Part shown: positions 37,601 through 49,600 of the stretch, one piece after another
Numbering within the stretch: position 1 is the first letter of the stretch
Layout of the letters: the number at the start of each line of letters is the position of its first letter
Source: Chiloscyllium plagiosum
Lineage: Eukaryota
Length of the DNA: 64,000 nt
Assembly: GCF_004010195.1 (NCBI RefSeq)
Contig: NC_057749.1
Span: forward strand, 16,018,854 to 16,082,853
Direction of reading: 5' to 3'
Translations under genes and position numbers: made by a program
The notes under the pieces: model-generated
What the model was told of the DNA's origin: nothing
The model's input: the letters and a program-made list of their open reading frames with translations, nothing else
The model's database searches: none

Positions 37601-40600
37601 TTATTACCATTAACAGAAATACCAACCTTTAAATGCCAAATTCTCAGATTACAGAAACAATACAGATTTCGTGTCCTGACCCCTTGGGAACCAGAGATCT
37701 TTGTCTCAAAGCAACTGTTTCTCACAAAAACACAGCAAGATCAGGAGACAAAAAAAATCTCTCTTAAATTGCACAACTCTTTTAAAAAAGTTTACTTTCC
37801 AAATGTACTGCTACCTTAAAAGGCACCTACCTTGGCCTCCAGGGTACATGCATCTAAATGCTCGTCCAAGCTCCTCTGCTTGTACCCTGCCTGCTGGAGT
37901 CAATTCCCCTCCCCATTTCAATACCAGAAGTAGTGATGGATCATTCCTCCTGGAATCTGCAAACAAATGAGCCACGGCCCTTTCAATATTATTTAATTTT
38001 CAAATGCACTGCAATATTAAAATGACTCAGTTGGTTAAAAAAGCACTATGCAAATCAGTCATTAGGTACAATTGGTCTCAGTATTCTTGGGTTGGAAGAG
38101 AAGAAAAATCATTCGGAATTCTTGCTCCAAATCGGGGTCTGGTAACCTAAGCTGCTGGAAGTTGCAATGACGTAGATTATAGCCATGGAGAGGATTGACT
38201 TAGCTATGCTATACTCAGTTGCCCGGGGTCAACAGTTTGCTGAGTCCCATTATTTTTCGGTGATGTTTGAAGAATGGCCCCTTGAATAAGAAACAATAGG
38301 TCAGTTATCACCATTCCAATCCAAGTTAAAAGATCAATGGCTAATGTTCAGACCAGTGGCAGAGAAACACAATTTAGGCTGACACTCCCAGTATGTTTCA
38401 AAGCCAATTCTGCATGCTGGAAGTGCTGTTTCTCCACTAAAACTAAAAACAAAATCACTCTCTCAAGTAAATGCACCCAACTCTAAATCCCATACCTTCC
38501 TCTTCACTTGAAGTTTTGGGTTGTCCATGAGGCAAGTATGTCATCTGAACCTTCCTGTTGATTCCAGAAAAATGACCATACCTGTAAAATACAATAATGC
38601 ATTGAAATAGTGAAAATAAAGCTCATTAATGATGGAATTCAAATTTAAAAGTAAAAAGAAACCACAGAATGCTAGAGAAACTCAGTAAATCTGGCAGCAT
38701 CTATGGAGAGGGTAACACCAGACTTAATGTTTCAAAACTGATAGAATTCTGAAGAGGAGTCATACTGGACTTGAAACGTTAACTCTCTCTGTCTCCACAG
38801 ATATTGCTAAACCTGCTCAGTTTCTCCATCATTTTCTGTGTTTATTTCAGGTTTCCAGCATCCATAGTATTTGCCTTTTCATATGAAAAATAGCAAGTGT
38901 TGAAGAGCGTAGATCAGTCAACCTCTGAGAGAGCAAGATACAGCAAAACTGTCAAAGGGTGATAACTGAGCCATGAACTTCAGCAGTATTAATGGGTGGT
39001 ATTTGTGCAGGAGGAGGAGGAGGCATGCGTCTTCTTCAGATCTCAGTAAACATCAGGAAACTTGTTCTGACCCAAAACTAGCTAAAAGAGCTAGAAGTAT
39101 TTTTAAAAAAACACAGGAACACTAAAAACATAAACATGGTTAAAGGTAAAGTTGCCATAGTCCCAGGGAACCATGAGGTTGTTTTTCATGGGAGAGAGGA
39201 GCGACTGATTTTTGTTTAACCAAAGGATCACCAAGGACTAGGCAGGGGCTGAGGTTGAGAAGGTAGGGATCTTCATGGTGACCTCAGGTGATGTGGGAAC
39301 ATCCTGATTACAATTACTTCCCCCTCAGAGCACTTACATTTCCAGCACAGTCTTTAACTGTTCTAGCTTGGATTTCTTCTCCTCTATTTCACAGTCATTA
39401 TGCTGGCCCAATTCTGCTAGAAGCTCACGGGTAATGTCTAGAACTTCCTGAGAATAAAATGCAACAACTACAATTAGATCCAAGAAATCAAAAAAATCCA
39501 AACATACCTCCAATGAGAGCAGCCTGTTGGCCCCATTATGGGAGCGTACAGTACTTGGCCCAACAAAGCCTCTCATGCCATTGAATGAAAGCGAATGAGT
39601 TTTAATAGATGTATACAATGTTATAATAGGTTCTGGTAAAGTAGATAAAAGGAACCCTGTTCTCATTAGCTGAAGTCAGGTAAAGATAAAGAGACCCAAG
39701 TCCCAGCAGACCATAGAACTGCTCGCTCATCAGAGAGAAAGAGAGAGTGACATGACTGGTAGTGATGAAGTAACCACTTGGAGGCTAATATCCTGTTACC
39801 AAGTCACGCTTTATTTACACGTGCAAAGTCCTTGATATTGGTCAGGCTTCCTGAGCCAACTCTCAGTGAACACAACCTCTGACACTCCTGTTTATATCTG
39901 TCAGCCAGGGCTCCCTGTTTGGGCCAGGTTAACTGCCCCAATCAGGGAACTCACATTCTGTGAGATCTGCCTGGCTGACCTCATGACAAATCACGACAGG
40001 TGGTTTAACCAGAAAGTCACCACATTTCAGGCGAGTGCAAGGTTGAGAAGACAGGACCTCCACAGTAACCTCAGCTGGCTGTGCTCTACGTTCCAACCAG
40101 CTGTCCAGCCAACTGAGTTAAACAACACCCTAGCTGACACAAAGACGAGGGGGCAGAGATATAAGGCAAGAGATGCTGGGGCGTATGTGAGGAAGATAAT
40201 TTTTCACAAAGGATGATAATGATTGGCAACTTGTTACTTACAAGAGTAGTGTAAGAGAAGTGGATTAATGATTTCAAAAAGAAACTGGATTGCTCCTTGA
40301 GTGGATTAAACATTCAGTGCTGCAGGGTTTGAGTCAAGGAACAAAACTGACTCCATTGCCCTACAGCAAGCCAGCATGGATCTGTTCTGTCCTTTAATAA
40401 CTATGCAATAGGTTAAAAGCACACTTTGCCATGAGAAAAAATTTGCAAACCAACATCTAACAAATTACTGTATTGACTGTCAATGATGGATAAGCTGAAG
40501 CATGAAGTGGGTGACCTTGTATTCAAATACAAGAAAGTGAGGACTGCAGATGCTGGAGATCAGAGCTGAAAAATGTGTTGCTGGAAAAGCGCAGCAGGTC

Positions 40601-43600
40601 AGGCAGCATCCAAGAAGCAGGAGAATCAACGTTTCGAAGATAAGCCCTTCTTCCTGAATTCTTCTGCTCCTTGGATGCTGCCTGACCTGCTGCGCTTTTC
40701 CAGCAACACATTTTTCTTGTATTCAAATAGCCTTACCAGAGCTTTCTACATCTGGCCTGAGCATAGACTTTCTGCAAAATCCTACACTGCACACCCCATT
40801 CCTGAGAGCTACTGGTACTTGCAGTGGCTGCACACCCCAAAAGAAACATTTGAAACTCACTGAACTACAGAATTATCTCATACCTGAAGCTGCTTTGGTT
40901 TCTTTAACTTTAGTTTGCCAGTCTTGTATCCTTCATACTTCTCAAACAAGTCAAAGAATCTGCAATAAGAAATGTTGGCATATTGAAAACAAAGGCGAAA
41001 GATGGTCAAATATGAATTTATGCCTTGCAAATATTTAGGTGAATTATCAGAATTTAAACTTATCGAAGCTACCTAATTTTGAATTTTCTCCCTATACCAA
41101 AGGAATTGGACGAAAGTTATTAAAATATTTCTTAAGATGGCTAAATGCTTACAAATAAACATGACAAATCAAAACAGCCGTCTGTTAGTGCAGAACACGA
41201 GTAACACATTTTGTTGAAGTTTTTTATCTTGACATATTGCAATGATATATGACAACTGATTGCCAGGCTTTGTCCGTATCTCAAACCCAGCTGACTAATT
41301 CCAATTCTTTAACAGAATAGGGGAGATTTGCTGGTGCATTTCTGAGGGCAATGTCCTGGCAAATCAGTCAACTTGCTCAGTTTGAAATTTAAACAAAGCC
41401 TGGCAGTTGACTGTCAGTCAGCCTTAATGCATACATTCTCCATGGGAATACCCCTACCAGAGTCCAAATGACAACCAATCAGCGCACTCTTTCCGTGCAG
41501 TAAATGTGGTTTTCTCCTTGATTAGGTACATTTTTTCAAAATGTCCTAGTGAAACAAAGTGTTTGATTTATCTGTATTCTAAAATGATTGATTTTAGAGT
41601 TTGATTTTGAGCTAGTGGCTTATTGGCTTTAACCTGTGTTTCTGAAGTAGTTCAATGACTAAGTTAATTACTTCTGTAGCCATGGTGATTTCTTGTAAAA
41701 ACAGAAGAAAGAGTTCTAGGAGAGTAGTAGGGTTTTGTTTTCATTGTGTTATGGACTAGACCAAACCCCCTTCAAATATATCAAGAAGATAATCCAGACC
41801 CTAATTTGTATTAGCGAGTTTTGAGGAGATTTGTAGCTCAGGTCGAGGTTCTGGATGTAGGTTCAACCTTCCAGCTCATAGTATGGTCACAATTGGAAGA
41901 GTTTATATAAGCAATGTAAATAATTGTGTATCAAATTTTCAGATTAAAAAGGTCATAGATGAATTTTTTCCCCCGTTTGATTAGGAGAAACACCTATAGC
42001 TTGTAAAAGGATTTGTGGTTTCAGTTTGGAAGTTTGCAGAAATCTTGGCAAAAGCTGGACTTGCCCAGTAATCCACAGGAGGGAGCTACACCAGATTTTA
42101 GAATATAATAAAGGCTTGGGTATAACAATATATGTGCTTAGATACACTTTCATTTTGCACATTCGTAAACATAAAACTTCAAGCCATTTATCTTCTAGTC
42201 TTACATTATTTTGTAATATTTATCAGATAGTTAAAAAGAAAATACTGGTTGGGTAATAATGACTTAAGTGCCTGGAGTGGCCAATACTCTTGACTCTGAG
42301 CCTGAAGGTTATAGGTTCAAGCCATGCTTCAGAGACTTTAACAGAAGTCTAGACAGACACCACAGTCTAATAGTGAGGGAGAGTCACATAGTCGTAAATG
42401 TCCTTCGGATGAGCCATTAAGCTAAGGTCTCGGCTGCCCCGAAGGCAAATAGAAAAGGTCCCAAGGCACTATTTCAAAGAAAAAGAAGGGAGATTGCCCC
42501 AGAAACCTGACTGATATATATTCCTCAATCAACATCACTTTGGGGGCACAGTGGCTTAATAGCACTGCTGCCTCACAGCACCAGGGTCCCAGGTTCGATT
42601 CCAGACTCTGGCGTCTGTCTGCGTGGAGTTTTCACATTCTTCTCTCGTCTGCGTGGGTTTCCTCTGGGTGCTCTGGTTTCCTCCCACAGTCCAAAGATAT
42701 TCAGGTCAGGTGAATTGGCTTTGGTAAATTGTCCGTATTATTAGGTGCTCTAGTCAGATGGAAATGGGTCTGGGTGGGTTACTCTTCAGAGGGTCAGTGT
42801 GGACTAGCTGGGCCGAAGGGCTTGTTTCCACACTGTAGGGAATCTAATCTAATCTAATCTAAACATTGATAACTTGGTAATTATCACATTGCTGTTTTTA
42901 CAGCTGACTTTGTGAAAATTGGCTGGCACGTTTCTTATATTCTCACACTTCAGGGGTATTTCATTGGCTGTAAAATTATTTGGGTTGAGATGCAGAAAGG
43001 TGCCGTAGAAAAACGGATCATTCTTTTACAGTAACAGCAGCACTGGAGAAATTCCCAAAAAGCAGCAAACAATGCTAAGATTTTAAAATTACATTGTCCA
43101 AGTATTTAGTTCCACACTAAATTTGCAGAGTCTAAATTCAAGATCCAAAAGGTTATGGCTAATTTGTAAACTGTTTGTAGAAAATAATTATAAATGGGTC
43201 CTGTTCTGGCCTAATGAAAAACTGACACCACTCAGTTTAGTCACTTTTGGTACATCTCTGTTTGTCTGTTCCAAGTTACAAAGGAATTGCAAAGGGAAGT
43301 ACAAAAGTAGGTAGGTACAGACCATCCTTCCAATGCTTACAATCCACCATTCACAGATTTTTGTTCTCTCCACTGGACGATGCAGAAGCCATCCCAGGCT
43401 CTGTTATTCAATGTCTGAAGTACATGCTGAACAAGACAAAGTACAAAGACAAATGCAATCTAACTGGAGCACAGACTGATACAGCCATACAGTATGGAAA
43501 CTGACCCTTCAGTCCAACTAGTCCATTCCAACCATGTTCCCAAACTAAACTAATCCCACCTGCTTGTGCTTGGCCCATATCCCTCCAAACCTTTCTTACT

Positions 43601-46600
43601 GATGTATTTATCCAAATGTCTTTTAACCAATGTAACTTTACCTGCATCCACCACTTTCTCTGGCAGTTCATTCCACACACTAACCACTCTGAGTGTAAAA
43701 TTACTTCCCCTAATATCCTTTTTAAAACTTTCTCCTCTCAGCTTAAAAATATGCCCCTTAGTTTTGAACTCACCTGCCCTCGGCAAAAGACCATTGTCAT
43801 TCACCTTACTTATGCCCCTCCTGATTTAATAAAACTCAATAAACTCACCCCTCAATCTCCTAAGCTCCCGTAAAAAAATGTCCCAGCCTTTTCTATCTAT
43901 TTTCATATCTCAAACCCTCCATTCCTGCCAACATCCTAGTAAATCTTTTCTGAATCGTGTCCAGTTTAATAATATCCTTCCTATAACAAGGCAACCAGAA
44001 TTGCACACAGTATTCCAGAAGAGGTCTTACCAACATCCTGTACAATCTCAACATGACATGCCAATTCCTATACTCAAAGGGCTGAGCAATGAAGGCAAGC
44101 GTGCTAAACGCCTTCTTGGGCAGCGCAGTGGCTCAGCGGTTAGCAGTGTTGCCTCACAGCGCCAGGGACCTGGGTTCAAGTCCAGTGTCGGTGTCTGTCT
44201 GCGCAGAGTCTGCACATTCTCCCTTATGGTCTTAACCACTCTGACTATATGTGACGCAAACTTTAAAGAAATATATACCCGAAGCCCTCAGTCTCTGTTC
44301 TACAACACTACCCAGGGCCTTACCATTAATTGTATAAGTCCTGCCCTTGTTTATCAACATGCTATACCTCATATTTATCTACCTGCCCCTCAGTCCATTG
44401 ACTCAATCGAACTAGATCTTTTTGTAATCTTAGCTTCAATAACAGCCTCTGATTCATACTCCACTGGTTTAGCAACATGCCTCAGCTTGCTTTGTTGTGC
44501 TACTCAAGTAATATAACCCCCCGCACTCCCGTACCCTGGAGTGGGAGTAATCATTACAGGTAATGACCACTAACACTCCCAAATTACTTGCATCCTCCCC
44601 CCTAGGTAGTTCACCACTTCTTTCTTACTTTCATCTTATGCAAAAAAGCAAAATATTTACCTTATTTGTAGTGATCTATGAATCTTGCTTGCTAACTAAA
44701 TCCTGCATCCCAGGAATTAATCAAGTGAAACTTCTCTGGACTGTTTCTAATGTAAATAAGGAGATCATCAATCCTCCGGGTATGGTCTCACCAAATTCCC
44801 GTACAGATGCAGTAAGATTTTCCTATTCTTACACTCTAGCCCCTTTGCAATAAATACCAACATTTCATTTGCCTTCACTGTTATTCTCAAAAAGTAACGT
44901 TTTGTATTCATGTCTGACATAATGCAGATCCATACACCACCAATTTGCATACGGCATGGGGAGTTCATGGCTCCCAAATAAGATAAATATCAGCCACAGA
45001 CTGACTTGGCACCTTTTCAGACCTGGCTCAACACCACACTAGGCTCTGGCCAAAACAAACTGCCAAAGAACTCCTTTCCTTCTCTACCTCAGAATTTCCA
45101 TTGAAACAGTGTACTGTATTTCTATTCTTCCTGCCAAAATGGATAAGTTCATATTTTCCCATCATACTCCAGCTCCTAAATTTTTGTCTCATCATTTCAC
45201 CAATCTATACCCCAATGCAAACTTTCTACCTCCTCTTTAAACTTACTTACCTACCTATCTTGGTGTTATTTGCAAACTTTGCTACCATCCATAGCTTCAG
45301 TCTACATAATATTGTAACCACATTACTACACCCTAAACAATCCCTTTTTATTTTGATGGGATATTCACTGGGGCAGCAGGAAAACTATCCAAGTAAAAGT
45401 AAAAATACTGCAAATGCTGGGATATGAAATAATAACAAAGTGACGGAGAAACACAGCAAGTTGGGCACGATCTGAACAATTCCAGAGATAGAGTCTCAAA
45501 TGTTGAAAATTCTCTCTCCACAGATGCTGCCAAACCTGTTGAGTTATCCATTTTGGCATGAAGAATAGAAATACAGTACACGATTTCAATGGAAATTCTG
45601 AGGTAGAGTTGGGCCAGGTCTGAAAAGGTGCCAGGTCAGTCTGTGGCTGATATTTATCTTATCTGGGAGCCATGAACTACCCATGCTGCCATGAGGTGCC
45701 AGCAGAAGTGGTTGAGGCAAGTACACTAACAACATTTAAACGGCACTTGGACAAATATATGGACAGGAAAGGATTAGACGGACATAGGCCAAGTGCAGGG
45801 AAGTAGGGTTAGCATGGATGGACATTTTAGTCGGCATGGACCAGTGAGGCCAAAGGGCTGTCTCCGTGATGTAGGACTCTATGACTCTAAGCCATCCTAC
45901 TATTGCCTTTTGTGGCACAATGGCAAGTTTTGTTTGAGAACACTCCTGTAGAATACATTTTACTCAGTTAAAAGCACAGTGTAAATTGCTTTCTGATGGG
46001 CAAAGTGCATTTCACGTGTAAGGTCACAGGGTGTTTCATTGCAAACAAAATCACTGTCAGCTTCTCATTTGGTAGCAAAAAGTATTTCCACGATCATTTC
46101 ATGGTACTATCTGCCATTATAGAAAGCTCCAACTTAAATTATTTAATTGTAAGGAGAAAGCTATTTCCACGGTGGCTCAATGCCTCACAGCACCAGGGAC
46201 TCGGGTTCAATTCCCACCTCGGGCAACTGTGTGGAGTTTGCACATTCTCCCAGTGTCTGTGTGGGTTTCCTCTGGGTGGTCTGGTTTCCTCCCACAGTCC
46301 AAAGATGTGCAGATTAGATGAATTGGCCATGCTAAATTGTCTGTAGTGTTAGGTGGATTAGTCAGGGGTAAATGTAGGGGAATGGGTCTTCAGAGGGTCG
46401 GTGTGGACTTGTTGGGCCGAAGGGCCTGTTTCCATACTGAAGGGACTCGAATCGAATAGAATCAAATCTAAATAAAAAAATGGTTGTGTGTGTTGGGTGA
46501 AAGTAGCAGTTGACAGCAGCTTAGGCTCTGGTCAGGTCAAATTGCCTGTATACACAATGAGTCACAGTGTTATCAAAGTTTCAAAGATCACTGGCAATCA

Positions 46601-49600
46601 ATCAGGCAGAAAAGACTGAACATTATGCCTCGCAGACACGCTCAGAAATCACAGTGTATGCAACAGTTATAACCTTGCCACACTCAAGATTAACTTCAGA
46701 ATCTGACATTCTGTCATACCAACTCTGTGTTGACAAGCCAGCATAAACACGGACGTTGATTCACAACATGCTTGAAATATGGGCAAATCAGCAGCTAGTG
46801 CATCTGATTCCAGACAAGATTCAACCACATTAGTGTAAAGATAATGTGTGATGTTTAGACACACAACAGCCAAAACCAAATTTAATGGTACTATTAACTT
46901 ACTGAACACCACACAGCGTCTGCAACATTAACTGCTGACATAGAGCAGTAAACTGTTTGCAGGAAGCTGAGAATAAATAAAGATCGAACTTACATTTATA
47001 TAACACTTCTCACAATTAGGTGTTCAAAGACTCTTTACAGCCAATGAGATACTTTTTAAAGTAATGAAGAGTTGTGATGTAAGAAGCACAACATTCAATT
47101 TGCAGAGTGATTGGTCCCACAAGCAATGACTAGATATGTCTGGGTAAACTGCTGAAGTGCTGTCAGTCGAGGGCAAACGTTGGTCAGGATATACAGGAAT
47201 TTGCTTCCCAACTATTGCAGGGGAACTTTTACTACCACCCCAGAATATAAATGGGGCCTCAATTTAATGTCTTGTGAAAAATGTTGCTTCTGACAGTGCA
47301 ATGCTCCTAAAGTAAAACAGCACAGATACACTTCCAGTGTAAGACCATAGGAACAGGAGTAGGCAGTTTGGCGCCTTGAATCTACTTCGTCATTCAATAG
47401 GATCATTGCTGATCCAACACTCATTACATCCATGTTCCTGTCCTTTCCCCATAGGCCTTGAATCCCTAACTGATCAATAATCTGCCCATGTGATCCTTAA
47501 ATAGAAACAAGGACTTGTTCTCACAGCTTCCTGTGGCTAGGAGCTCCAAAGACTCTCAAGCTTTGCTGAAGAAACTTCTTCTCATTTCAGTCATAAATTG
47601 CTGCTCCTTTCTGTTTTTAATATTCATTCTCAGGATGAGGGCATCACTGGCATTTACTGCCCAGCCCTAATTGCCCAGAGGATAGTTAAGAGTCAACCAC
47701 ACTGCAGTGGGTCTGGAGTTACATGTAGGCCAAACCAGGAAAGGATGGCAGTTTCCTTCCCTAAAGGACATTAGTGAACCAGATGGGTTTTTCCAATCAA
47801 CAATGGATTCATTTTCATTATTAGAGTCTTATTTTCAGATCATTATTGAATCCAAATTCCATCTACCATGGCAGGTTTCAAACTTGGGTCCCTAGAACAT
47901 TACCTAGGTCTCTAAATTAATGGTCCAGTGATTACACCACTAGGCCATTGCCACCTCCTCTTTATTCTGAGACTATGCCCTCTAGCCCTAGACTCTCCTA
48001 TGACGAGCAACATCCCATCAGCACTTACAATGTCAAGCCCCTTAAGAATCCCATGTTTTCATGAAATCATCTCTCATTCTGCTCAACTCCAATGCATAGA
48101 GTTTAGCAGAATGCAGCCTGTTTAGCCGTTGCTCATGAACCAGGGATCATCCTACTGCACCTTCTGTAAACTGTCTCCAATGAAATAAAAGATTTTCTCA
48201 AAGGGGACCAAACCTGTTCAAAGTACTCCAGCTACAGTCTCACCAGTACCTTGTACAGTTGCAGTAATGTGCTCTAAAGTCTTTAGTGAAACTGGAATGC
48301 ACAACCTTCTTAGGTGTACAGAGGAACCCCTGAGCAATGGTTAGAAAATAATGCATTGAAAGTCACTAACTGGGCAGAGCTGCGTAGATGACACAATGCA
48401 CAGAGTGACCTGTTACTTTCCTTCTTACAAAAAATGTTTTCAACACTTGCAGTTAACTTTCACTAACTTTGGATGCATGACTTCCATCTTCATCTTTTGT
48501 TTTGGAGTTCGGTCACCATGTCGAATGATTGCAATGACACAGCGCAGTTCCATCCTGTGAAACACACAACATAATGAGTTTATTTTAATCAGTACAAAAA
48601 AAGCACAATTAAAATGACCCTCACAGAATACAAATTGGAGTCATAGAGATGTACAGCACAGAAACAGACCCTCCAAATTGTTCATGCCGACCAGCTGTCC
48701 CAACCCAATCTAGTCCTACCTACCAGCACCCGGCCCATATCCCTCCAAACCCTTCCTATTCCTATACCCATCCATATGCCTTTTAAATGTTGTAATTGTA
48801 CCAGCCTCCACCACTTCCTCTGGCAGCTCCCTCCATACACGTACCACCCTCTGCATGAAGAAGTTGTCCCTTAGGTCTCTTTTATATCTTTCCCCTCTCA
48901 CCCTAAACCTATGCCCTCCAGTTCTGGACTCCCCAACCCCAGGGAAACGACCTTATCTATTTATCATGTCCATGCCCCTCATGTTTTTATAAACCTCCAT
49001 AAGGTCACCACTCAGCCTCTGACGCTCCAGGGAAAACAGCCCCAGCCTATTCAATCTCTCCCTATAGCTCAAATCCTCCAACCCTGGCAATATCCTTGTT
49101 AATCTTTTCTCAGCCCTTTCAAGTTTCACAACATCCTTCTGATAGGAAGGAGACCAGAATTGCACGCAATAGTCCAAAAATGGCCTAACCAATGTCCTGT
49201 ACAGCTGCAATATGACCTCCCAACACCCCTACTCAATACTCTGACTAATAAAAGAAAGCATACCAAACGCCTTCTTCACTATCCTATCTACCTGCAACTC
49301 CACTTTCAAGGATTCATCAAATAAATCAGATAACTCTTGTACAGAAGAGTAATGCCACATATTTAGTCAAAGGAGAGCTTGTTGAGAAGGGATGGTAGTA
49401 CTTTCTTTCCCCATTTCTTTCCCTATCTTTAGCCTCAAGGAGACCAGAAGTTGAAGCGCTGCATATGAGGGATAAAATATTCAAGAGTGACACTGCAGAG
49501 AAAACAGAGCTCATGAAGTGCAATTGGAAGACAGAGCAAGTTGAGCTGCAGCCTTGGTAAATAAGCCTTGTGACTATCACCAATATCATGACTTTAAAGT

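Noticed and set aside
41150..41570. Further hammerhead-like relic (gtcctagtgaaac...)
   Set aside because: Too degenerate: neither the CUGANGA box nor stem II can be read with confidence.
42543..42615. tRNA genes at SINE heads (also near 8894, 44117, 46167)
   Set aside because: A/B-box-like motifs are present, but there is no complete cloverleaf and each continues into a SINE body.
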